Source: Raillietiella orientalis
Lineage: Eukaryota
Assembly (NCBI GenBank): GCA_036172245.1
Contig: JAYWIR010000001.1
Location: 6,138,001-6,202,000, forward strand
Reading direction: 5' to 3'
Length of the DNA stretch: 64,000 nucleotides
Positions within the stretch are counted from its first letter, which is position 1; each line of letters opens with the position of its first letter. Under the pieces are notes generated by a model. That model was not told where the DNA came from, did not search any database, and worked only from the letters and a program-made list of their open reading frames with translations. Positions 22,800-33,000 of the stretch are shown in pieces. The translations under genes were made by a program, and so were the position numbers.

Positions 22800-25250
22800 A
22801 GCGACCCGCTGCGCGCTTCAGCCGGGAGCGTCGTAGGGCTCCGGCGGCCTACTCTGCTTGGACTTCCCGCCGGTTCCCTCTCCAGGAACGGGCCGTGCAC
22901 CCCTGCGCTCTAGTGGCCCTCCCTTGGGGGAAGGCGAGGAGAACGTCGTCTCCGACGAGGTGCTTCCGGGAGATCCGTGCGTCTGCCAGGTTTATCGTCG
23001 AAGCCTCCGGACTCTTCGTGCCATCCCTACAGCAGCAGATGGATGCCGCGCTGACCTTCTTGTTCGTCAGCACGGTGCTCTACGGAAGGTCGGGAAGCAG
23101 AGTGGGCGTTACTGAGCAACAACACAAGGCGACTCCCGAAGTGCTTGGATCTACCGAGCAGGGCAACCGACAGACTTCTCCACGGCGAGGCATTTAAAAG
23201 AGATCCGCAAGAAGCCGCGAAGCCGGCGGGAGGCCGCCCAGCATCTATTTTTAGATTGCATTGTTGGCCGCCATGCCGAGGGCGCGCGCTGACGTCACGA
23301 TGCTCCGTGTCGGTCCGCGGAGCGCGCGCTGCGGTTTCCACCATCGTCGCGAACGCCCTTCTTGGAAAGAGGTCTTTGATCGAGGAAAGTTTTTTTTTTT
23401 CTTTTAAGAAAAATTCTTGTACTGGCCTCCGGGAATTGCTACTTCGTAGAGCCGAAAGGTTTCCGTGAACGTCACGTGTGCTGACCGGCACTGCCGGCCA
23501 TAGCAGAGGACTTGCAGCTTCAAAAGGCTAGTTTTACTCTGCCGAACTTGCAGAAGGTACTGAGTGAAGGCTCCATGGGGAAAGCTGCTGTATGCTGTCC
23601 TCACGGTGCCTTGGGCAGCTAGCGACGATGTGGCCGCCTCCAATTCGACGTTGCCGCTCACCCCTTCGAGGCTGTGTAGCCGTTCTGTTGCGAGACGTGT
23701 CCACCCCAGGAACAACGGGAGGTGGCAGCATACGCAGCCCAGTACTATACCCGCTCCTCCTATACGAGGTGAGTCACCTTTGCTTTCGGGGCCTGTCATC
23801 CGGTCGCCGAGGCAGACCCGGGAGACGAGCGGGCTCCAGCGGCGCCCAGTTCCGAGTTCTGCTCTTCCCCGCCTGGGTTTTCCCTCCCGGTTGCAGGGTC
23901 TTCGGGGAGCAGCGACCGATACAACGCGCGAACTTTGGCGCGTCGGGGTCAAGGGAGGACTTGGTGGCCCTCGTGACTATGAGAGCAGAGGGAACATGAG
24001 GCCTGCATTCATACAAGGCCTCTTGGGGACATTCCTGACCACCAGTTACGAAGGACCTCTCCTTCTTCATGCCTCTGAGTGGGAACACCGACAAGTATGT
24101 CGGTCCGGCAGCTCAAGGAGGAGCTCCCCAACTGGTCAAGGTCCTCGTTTTTTGGAGAAAAGCCAACCCCGCTCCGGGTTTGGAGACGGTTCATAGCGGA
24201 CCGGTCGTTGTCAGGTGGACGGCTGTCAAGAGAGCGACCGTCATCCCCAAAACTCTGCAGGACCAAGGCGCCCGCGCCGACCTGTGTCCCGCAGATTTAC
24301 GGGAATCGCAGTGGTGCAAGGAGCCAATGCAAGCGTTGTCCCAAAACCAAGTGCGCCAACTGGGTCCCGCCAACGCGGTGCGCCTTTTGAAAGCCACGAG
24401 GGAGGGGAAACCACACGGCTGCAGGGAGGACGAATCCGCAAACGCCTAGCCGCGGGGCGTACAGACAGAGAGACAGCTTCCCGCTGAGTTGCCGGCCGCC
24501 ATCCCTCTCGCAGCACGGCAACGGTCAGGGGGAGGACGGTCGGTCAAGCGTAAGCGGACAGGAGGTCCCCCGCTGCCGACTCGCTCGTGCGGCTTCGGAG
24601 CCTGGGACGTTGGCCAACCACAGTCACTCGCGCGCCTGGGCAGCTGGGCCATCGCGGGCGCACCCGCGTCCTCGGACGGCGCGCGCTCGGAGACTACATC
24701 TCGCAGTCTGAGGTATCTGTTGCGGTGGCGGGCGACTGCCGCATCGCAGCATGCGGCCACAGCTTCCGCGCCGAAGGACCGTTCCCTACCTCGGGGTAAG
24801 GCGGGTCATCTCCCGGCGCACTCAGCCGCGCCACCTCATGGCATACCCTTCCTTCACACACACTCTTGGCTTGCTGGAACGTCATGAGGTCGAGGAACGG
24901 CGACAAGAGGCGGAGCATCGCAGTCGCCCTGAGGTACTTTCGCAGTCTTCCTCCAGGAAGTCTAAGGGATTTCCCAGGAGGAGGAGGAGGCCGGTGTCCA
25001 GGCCCACAGGGGAGGTGCGCTGCTGCTCCATTGGTGTGGAGTGAGGCGCATGAGAGAGATGGGCCCAGCGCCTGATGAATTTGGTGAACGGTTTGATGGG
25101 GTCAGTAGGACATACCTGCTGTGGCTGCTCTGGTCCCAGTGCACTGACGCCGTCATGGCTGATGCACCCACCGGCAGCCATTTCTTGAGAGCTTTTCCGC
25201 GAGGATTCGAAGAACGGCGGCCGGACTTCTCGTCCCTGGAGCAGCTCACC
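22800..25250 (+). mobile_element. Highly decayed LINE ORF2 post-RT fragments
   Basis: Scattered frameshifted echoes of the family protein: RCFREIRASARFIVE (~22960), KLLYAVLTVP (~23580), RWRAT/CRIAAC (~24725; compare RWQVTCRIAG) and AAPPHGIP (compare AATPHNIP). Boundaries are uncertain. Confidence 0.4.
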
Positions 25251-25970
25251 TAGCAACGGAAGACTTTTAAGGTTCTTCTCCGTACACCCGGGGTAGGACT
25301 GCGCTGGAAGGTTCTATGAAACGTGGGCGTCCAATCCGCTTCTCGGTGACCAACCACTCCCTCCTCGATGACCGCCACTTGCACCTTTGCGCGTGGGCGG
25401 CAGGGGAGTTGCCGCTTCGACATTCCGCGACACTTCAGCAAGTCTACCGCCTTCTTTCCGTGCAGCCGTAGCTGCTCCAAGCATAAACGTGTGGAGTTTG
25501 GCCCTCTTCCCCAGTCCGAAGGTCACCTGAACAACATGCGGAGGATGTCGGCGGATCACTGCAGAGACGGCCAGCGTCGTGAGACTGAGGAACAGCGACA
25601 AGAGGAGGTTGCCCTGAAGTATCAACCCTCTCCACGGGACCTTCAAGCGACCTAGTCTCCATCTGAGAACTCCAGGATCGGGGGGCTTGCTCGAGGACCA
25701 CCGTTCGCGAGTTCTGCCTCGGCCCTCCCATTCCGCGTTTCCCCAAGCTACCTAGAGTTCTCACCCGGTCACGACGGGGCGTTTATTAATAAACACTTTA
25801 CATTTGCGGTACGGCCCCGCTACGGCCAATAGTTCATGGGACCTGCCAGAAAGCCGGTTCGCAGACCGGCTTGACTCTCCTCGGCAGCGGAGGGGATAGG
25901 GGGTAAAACAAAAAGAAAAATAAATGAAAGAAACAAAAAAAAAGAAACTATTTGGAGGGCCGGGAAGGGA

Positions 25971-27098
25971 TCACAGCCTGCTTGAGGAAGAGACCATCCT
26001 TTCCAGGATGCCCTCGAGGTCCGTCGTCATAGCTCCCAGATGGGACCAGCCGATCGCGATTCGCAGGTAGCGACCCGCGTGTACGATGGCGTCCCTATCG
26101 CTGCTTTCTCTGTTGGCTGCGCTCCACGCAGCCACAATCCCTCGGAGGCAGCAGAGCGCTTCCAGGGTTGAGGCTGGTGGCAGGGCGTCTCGCACGAAGA
26201 GGAGTCTCACAACGTCTCTGGGGGTACTGCCGACCGGCATCCGGAAGGTCGTAGCAAAACGTTCCCACAAGGACCGGAGGGCAGCGCAGTACACTAACAG
26301 ATTGGGGAGGGATTCCTTCTCCCCGCACACTGCACAGTTCTGTCCCACGTTCCCCAACGTCCAGTGGTGGCAGCGCGCGTTGCAGGGAAGACCCCAGTGC
26401 AACAGCAGCAGCGCCGTTTCCTGCCACTTGAGGAGGAGGGTGGATGGGTCTCTGAATGACGGGGGCCACTTTAGGTCATCCAGCGGGATGCCCAGCAGCT
26501 CGCCCCATCTCCGTATTCCATGCGGGTGAACGCTTGGGGTCGCGGCGTCAGCCAGTTCCCTCATGGTCCACCCGCTTAGATCCTTCTCCTTGCCCGCTAT
26601 CCGGCAGGTGACTTGCCACCTCGGTTTCCGGCTGTTATGAAGCGCCGTGGTCAGTGGGGTCGTCTCCGCCCATATGCTTCTGGCGGGACACACGATCATG
26701 TTCCGCAGCGTGCAGCGGGTGTAGATGCCGGGTCGCAGGCGGTTGCAGGATTCTCCACTAGGCTGGTTTAACTTCGCCCACGTGCCAACTGTTTCTTCCA
26801 GCCATGCGCTGGAGTTGGCGGGGCTGCAGGCCATCCACCCGTTCTCCTTTGCCAGGTTGGCCATGCGTCCCAGGAGAAGGCCGCATCTTCTTATTTTCCG
26901 GCCGGGGCACAGAAGAAAAGACGCGAGTCCTTCAGTCCCGGACACACGTCTGGCGAGGAGGCGGGCCCGAAAGCGCCACCGCAGCTGTGTTTCCACGCGC
27001 TCCAGCGTCAGGACGCTAAGAAAATGCTGAAGAGCAAGGGGTTTAAACTGTCGCCCTGACTGATGTCCCTGCGCACGGGAATACCGTTCAAGTGGCAT
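25971..27098 (-). pseudogene. Open 375-aa remnant of the LINE ORF2 C-terminus (family A), zf-RVT-like
   Basis: KWQETALLLLHWGLPCNARCHHW...CAVCGEKESLPNLLVYCAALRSLWERF fits CxxC-x7-H-x4-C with H replaced by N. Longest open family A reading frame in the window. Confidence 0.8.
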
Positions 27099-27160
27099 CT
27101 GCTAAAAGAAACGCAGTTTAGAGCGTGGAGCCAGCAAGCGCGCAAGTAGATCGTTAAAAT

Positions 27161-27905
27161 TTTTTCTTACCCGGTCACGCCGGGACCTTTATTGATAAAA
27201 ACTAGCTGGAAACAGTTGTTTCCAGCCAACGACTACGAAAACTCACAACGGAGATTCACCACTGACACGCAGGCCAAGAAAACGGAAGGACCTGAACGAA
27301 TGGGGGAGGTGGGGACTACAAACAGAAAACAAAAAAAAGAAAAGTTTTAATGGGAGGAATGGGCCAAGGAACTTTGGTGACGCTCCGCAGACACCGGGAA
27401 AATCAAGCACCAAAAGCACTGCGGAGCAAATGGGAAAAAGGACCCGAGAACAAAAATGGAGTTCAAAAGGAAATGGGGGCGGATCACCGGGTTCGTCGTT
27501 CGGAACCGCTGCGCATCCGGCGATGGATGCCGGTTAGCTCCTCCGTTGCGTCTTCACTCAAGTGTCGCCACCCAGCTGCCGCCCTGATGAAGTCGGCTGC
27601 CTTCCTGGTGACACAACATTGCTGACCAGTGTTCTCCAGCACGTCTCGGACCGTGACGATGGCGCGGATACAACCAACTGTCGAAAAGGTCGCAGCCATC
27701 GAATGTCCTTGTGGTTGGAAAAACCGTCGCAGCACTTCTCGGGCGGTGTCCCCCGTTGGCAGGAGAGCTGCTGCTAACCTCCGCCAGAGTTCCTGGAGGG
27801 CACCGCAGTCCATAACAAGGTGCGGGAACGACTCCGTCGCCCCGCACCGGGCACAGTAGGGAGAAGCCACCCCACCGGAAACTCGGTGGCGCCGTTCGTT
27901 GTAGC
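27161..27905 (-). mobile_element. 5'-truncated family B LINE 3' end inserted into the APE ORF
   Basis: Perfect 15-bp TSD GTAGATCGTTAAAAT at 27146-27160 and 27906-27920. Encodes PYCARCGATESFPHLVMDCGALQELW and ends AATAAAGGTCCCGGCGTGACCGGGTAAGAAAAA. Confidence 0.9.
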
Positions 27906-28326
27906 GTAGATCGTTAAAATCACCTGCAACCAGATGAGCATTCCGCACGCCTGCCTCGGTCAGCCAGTCGCGCCGGAGGGCAAGGAAAAATTCTTTCCTC
28001 GCCCTCCTGGTCGTCAGGTCCGCGCCGCTCGGGGCGTACACGTCGGTGACGATCAGGTCGATGGAGTCGGACCACCTGAGAATCAGCTGGCCGACACGAC
28101 CTTGATCGTCGAACCGCACGCCCCGCGCTGCGGCCTCGACGGCTGGTCGAAGCAGGAAGGTAACACCGCAACTCTTCTTCTTCCCACACCGATACCACAG
28201 CATCCCTCCGGAGATCCGTTCGATCTCCTGCGCTTGTTCCGCAGAGATCACGTGGATCTCCTGCAGCAGTGCAAGGTCGAAAGGACCTAGGACAGCGCCC
28301 GTGTCGTGTCTCCTGCCGACGTCTGT

Positions 28327-30073
28327 TTCTCACCAGGGTGCGCCGGGGAGTTTATTACTAAACAATTCAGGATCAAAGTTCCCGGACAAAGGGCGCAGAA
28401 AAACGAAAGGAGGGCTCCCCGACACGCAGGTCGGTAAAACCGAAAGTCCAGAACGGAAGGGAGGGACCACCAATAAATATATAAAAAAATATAAAAAAAA
28501 AAATGGGAAGGGGCAGAGGTTTTTGGCTTCGGCCGTTCCTTTTTTTCAGAACCGGCGTTGGATGCCGGAGATCTCCTTCCTGACGTTTTCTGGAAGATGA
28601 AGCCACCTGGTAGCCGACGTCCAGTTGTCGTCGGCTATTCCGGTGACCTCTCGACGTATCGCCTGGGTCTCCAGCTGTCGGTGGGCCTTGTCGATGGCTC
28701 GGATGCCAACATACCGTTGCGGCAAACGCACCCAACGAGAGACCGCCTGGCGTGAAGAAGCGGAGCATTAATGTCCTTGCAGTGTCCCCCTGGAGCAGGA
28801 GAGCCGAGGCCAGCCTCCGCCACAGTCCTTGGAGGACACGGCAGTCGAAAAGCAGATACAGGAGAGTTTTTGCTGCTCCGCATCATCTTTTACAGTTCGG
28901 GGAGACAACTCCCCCGGAAATAACGTTGCTGCGCTGGTTGCAATGGAAGCCCCAATGCACGTCCTGTTTCCAAGAAAGGGGGAGCACAGAAGTGTCCATG
29001 CACGAGGGAGGGACCACAAGTTCTTCGGGGGGCACACTCAAGAGTTCTCTCCACCGAAGGAGTCCCTTCGGGATGTTGTGAGGCGTGGCAGCGTCTGCCA
29101 GTTCGCTAGTCCTCCAGCCGCCCATGGGTCGGGTTGCTCCTGCGATCGTGCAGGCGACCTCCCACCTTGCCCTTAAGGTTCTATCGCTTTTGTCGTGACT
29201 TCATGCCGTCACGGCACCGAGGAAGCAACGCAAGGCTCTAATCGCTGCCGCGCGCGACATTCTGCTATCTGGGAAAAAGTATCTCACTAGGTCCACAGCT
29301 AAGAAATGTAGATACGCAGTCCAACGTATCCACGGAAAAGCGGCGGACATCGCATTTTAATATGGGAAGCATCTCATCTGAATCCTGAATCACTACGCAT
29401 AGCTAGTCCACCAATAAGGTCAGTTCTGCCTCAGAGTAACGATCAGGATCAGCCGGAACGCCTTCCTGTTGAGACTTCGGATGGTGGTGGTGATTGCTGC
29501 ATCTCTGAAGGCTCCTTGAGTTCGTGTCTTGCCCGGAACCCAATCGAGGCAACTCGTTCAGGAAGCAGACTGTCACGCAGTGGCGCCCACGTGTTCATTG
29601 GGAACGAATAAACACACAAACTGGGAAAACTGATCCTGAAACAGCAAAAACAGTAATGCGATACAAAAGAAGTTCAATAGAAGGCTGCTTTGACAAACAG
29701 ATCGTGAGTCCCAAAGGTCTCATAGCGATGAAGGGACAAGAAATAAACAAATAGGAGTGTCGAGTGTGGACAAAGGTCTGTGCTTTTTTTATATATATGT
29801 GAAAAACGGTGAAAACCGGGAACGAGCGCGAGGAAAAACTAAAAAATAAAATACATAGGTAAATGAAAGGAAGGCAAGGAATAGGTCTCCGCCTATGGCC
29901 GTTCCAAACTTCTGAAACCGACCTTGGAGACCGGCACTTTTTGTAGGTGAGCCCACTAAGCAGCCGCTTTCATCTAGGCAACCTTGGGAAGACAAAGCTT
30001 TCTTCTGCTGCTCCCGAGGAACTGGCGGGCTGTGACGATGGTGACGATGCAGCATGTCGTTGCAATCATGGCA
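28327..30073 (-). mobile_element. Composite insertion of three head-to-tail LINE 3' fragments inside the APE ORF
   Basis: Perfect 15-bp TSD CCTGCCGACGTCTGT at 28312-28326 and 30074-30088. Pieces: ~30073-29790 (family B end), ~29500-29185 (DLVRYFF...ALRCFLGAVTA*S) and ~29180-28327 (RWEVACTIAG...WRTSELADAATP; terminal hairpin at 28331-28356). Confidence 0.8.
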
Positions 30074-33000
30074 CCTGCCGACGTCTGTCATGCCGTTGAC
30101 GTTACAAACGGCGAAGCGCAGACGGCGGCGAGGCCACCACGCGTGCGTGGACAGAAAAGATCTCCCTAGCCGCGGCATTTCCCTCCCTCAGGGAGCACTT
30201 GTTGGACAGCAGTCAGCAGGCCGAATGGGAGGCCCGATGTGGGATCGGCTTTCGCCTCCGCGGAGGCAGCGCCCCTCGACGTCCGAGGGCGTCTCCGCCC
30301 GCGGAGGGGAAAGCCGAAGGATCCGGTGACGTCGTCAGAGAGACGGCCGAGGCGAAAGCGCAACCGAGAGGGAGGCGGTCGGCTCCCTGGGCACGGTCCA
30401 GAGCATGGTTCCCCCCCCACGGAGGTCAACTCTCGGACCAAGGAAAGGCCCTGCGCCCCGTGTGGGGTGGGCGGCTTTCGCCGCGTTCCCCCTTTGGAGG
30501 GGAAGATGAGGGACCGCTGCAGATGCTCTCGCACGGCGTGGTCCCGCCGGCCATCACCACCACGGACAACACCCCACGAGGAACACGCGCTCAGGAGAAC
30601 CGCGTGGTTCCCGCAAGCACCGCCGCATCGGCCACGCCGAGAGAGGAGCGGCAAGCCAAGCGGGAAGGAGGCGGTCTCCGGCCGCTCCGGTGCTCCGTGG
30701 AGGTCGCCGCCCGTCCCCAAAGCTATCCCATCTCCCGCGCGAGGGTTGGCAAGGCAGCGACCTCCTTCACCCCTCGGGGCCACCCTCGGCAGCTCCGGGA
30801 GGAGTCTCCCGCCGCCGGCGCCGCGCCCCGAGCATCAGCGGCGATTTGGATCACATGACGGTGGAGCGGCAGCAGCATAGGAGAGCAGCCGCGCCTCCTC
30901 CCCCTCCTCAAATCGACGAGGGCACCCCCCGAAAAAGCGGAAACGACCCGGAGACCCCTTCTCCCTCTCGCCCCGCAGGCCCTTACTTCTAAGAGGACAA
31001 GCAAACGACCGCCCCGCTGTTTCCCCGTGTCCCCCTATTTTCGCTGCCCCCCCATCATCCACTCACCCCCGGGTTTCCCTCAGCCCTGCCTCAACCGCGC
31101 GCGCTCTTTTCTCAGCCGTCGGTTTGCGCGTCGGCGTCCCCCGAGAGTGCTGAGGTCTGCCGGCTCGGCCTGACCTGGGCGTCCCTGTGTGACCGTGTTC
31201 CTCCGGGGCACCGAGAGAGTCGGAAAGGGGGACTCTGCCGCCGCAGGATGGGAGATGGGGAGCGCCAGCACCCATCGGAGCTCCCGCCGCCGCGCAGGGT
31301 CGCGATGCTCATCCTGGAACGCGACCGAACGACAGACGGGGGGGTCTCAGGTTGTTAAGCGACGGGAAGGGAGGGGAAGGGCGCACATCACGAGGAAGAT
31401 GTGGGTGCTCCTCAGCGTGCAGCCCCGAGCGGCGACGAAGGGGGGCAGGGGAAGTGGCAGACAGCGGTTGACCCCCCTACCACCATCAGGCACGCGACCG
31501 GCAGGCAAGAATGCGCAGTCATTCTAGGTTCGCGGCCTTGAGGTCGCAGCTCTTCCCCTCTTGCTGTTCTTTCTCTACCTTGGGAAGGGTCCCGGATCTC
31601 CGGGAAGCATCTTTTTTTTTTTGTCCCCGAGACTCCCAGGACGTGACCGCCGCCGCCCTGGAAACGGCGCGGGTTCCGCGCGTGCGGGCGCCCCGCCATC
31701 GGAAGGGTCTTCTGACCGGTGGCGCACCCTCACCTCTGCGGCGATGGCCTTGCGGCTGGCCGCCTAGGCACGCGTTGCCCGAGGCCGGAGAGGTTCGGAG
31801 GAGGGGATGGGAGGGGGGCGGGGGCAGATGGTCCTAGTGTGCGCCGCCGCCGGGATGCCTCGAGAGAAGACGAGCCACACCCGAAAGGGGCACCACAGAC
31901 CCAGTCGTCAGGAAGACGAGGAAGGGAGGGCGGGAAGGCGCGCGTACATAGGCTGCACGGGTCAGCGGGGACGCGCCCTAGGGGAGGGAGAAAAAACAGT
32001 CTCTCCCCCTCGCCGGCGATCTGGAAGGGTCACGGCCCGCGTGGGCCAGCACAACGCGGAGCACCTCGCGGACGGACTGCCCGCCACCACAGCTGCTGCC
32101 GTTCCAGAGGGCGGGCGGGAGTTGGTCGGTCGCGGATCGGCAGCGCGTTGCCACGGGACGGTCGGAGGGAGGGAGGGAAGGAACAGTTTCCCAGGGAATC
32201 CGAAGGGAGGAGTGGCGCCGTCTCAGGACCTCCAACTGGAGCTTCCCGCGCGGGTGGGTCGCGCGCCAGCCCGGCCTTCCCTCGGAGAGAAGCGCTGTGC
32301 TCTCTGCTGCGGGGGCCGCTGCCGGACAACCGGATGGCCTCCTCCTCTTCCTCTGCCCGGAGGATCCCGCGGAGGACAGAGAAGGGGGCAGTGGGAGGGT
32401 AAGTGCGTGGCTCGGAAGCCGTGAAGCCTTTTCGGGGGATGGTATCCCGGAGCGCGATGCCTTTTCGGTCACCATGGCAGCAGTCCCTGGGCGTGATCGT
32501 GACCGAAAACTTCCTGTGAGGACGCCTTCCGCCTCCATTGGTGGCTCTTTCACTCCCATCCGATGCGCCCATGCGTTTCCCACCTCGGGATAGGCATTCC
32601 TAGCGGACAAGAGGAGAGCCGCCTTCCTCCGTCGCATAGCGACCCGTAGGGTGGAACAGTAGGTTCGCCTATTGAGAATGGGTCTGCCGGAAGGCATCGC
32701 ACGCCTCTCGGCGTTTTCGGGAGGGGCGGCCCGGGTGCCCGTCGTGTTTACCGGTCACCAGAGTCCTCGCATTGCCCATGCAGCGCCCGGCGGTTCCTCA
32801 CACCTTTGCCGCGCGACCATCCGCGCCCCTGGTGGGCGGCGCTTGAACCGACGGCACCGCAAAACGACCGCGCCTCCTCCCTCGGAACGAGCAGCCGCCC
32901 GTCGGCTGAGATCAGCGCTCTCCTGAGATGCGGTTCCCAGAGAGATGGTGGATCTCTGCCGCCGCATCTTGGAGGGACCGGAGACATTCTTCAGGGTCCC

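Larger units (their letters stand above)
25758..30180 (-). mobile_element. Interrupted L1/Tx1-like non-LTR retrotransposon: APE endonuclease N-terminal half plus C-terminal zinc-finger region, with no RT between them
   Basis: APE motifs CNVNG (~30100), LALLQEIH (~28260), GV(T)FLL, VYAP and GDFN (~27920). Post-RT ORF 27098-25971 has LHWGLPCN...CAVCGEKESLPNLLVYC. A 3' UTR follows, ending at AATAAACGCCCCGTCGTGACCGGGTG (25787-25762). Confidence 0.85.

Noticed and set aside
27168..27205. Helitron-like end (hairpin followed by CTAG on the plus strand)
   Set aside because: The CTAG is absent from the other copies; the motif is oriented as the LINE 3' end and abuts TSDs, which Helitrons do not make.
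30715..30732. Possible second TSD copy for the 25758 element end (CCCCAAAGCTATC versus CCCCAAGCTACC at 25741)
   Set aside because: The match fails in the bases adjacent to the element end and is too weak.
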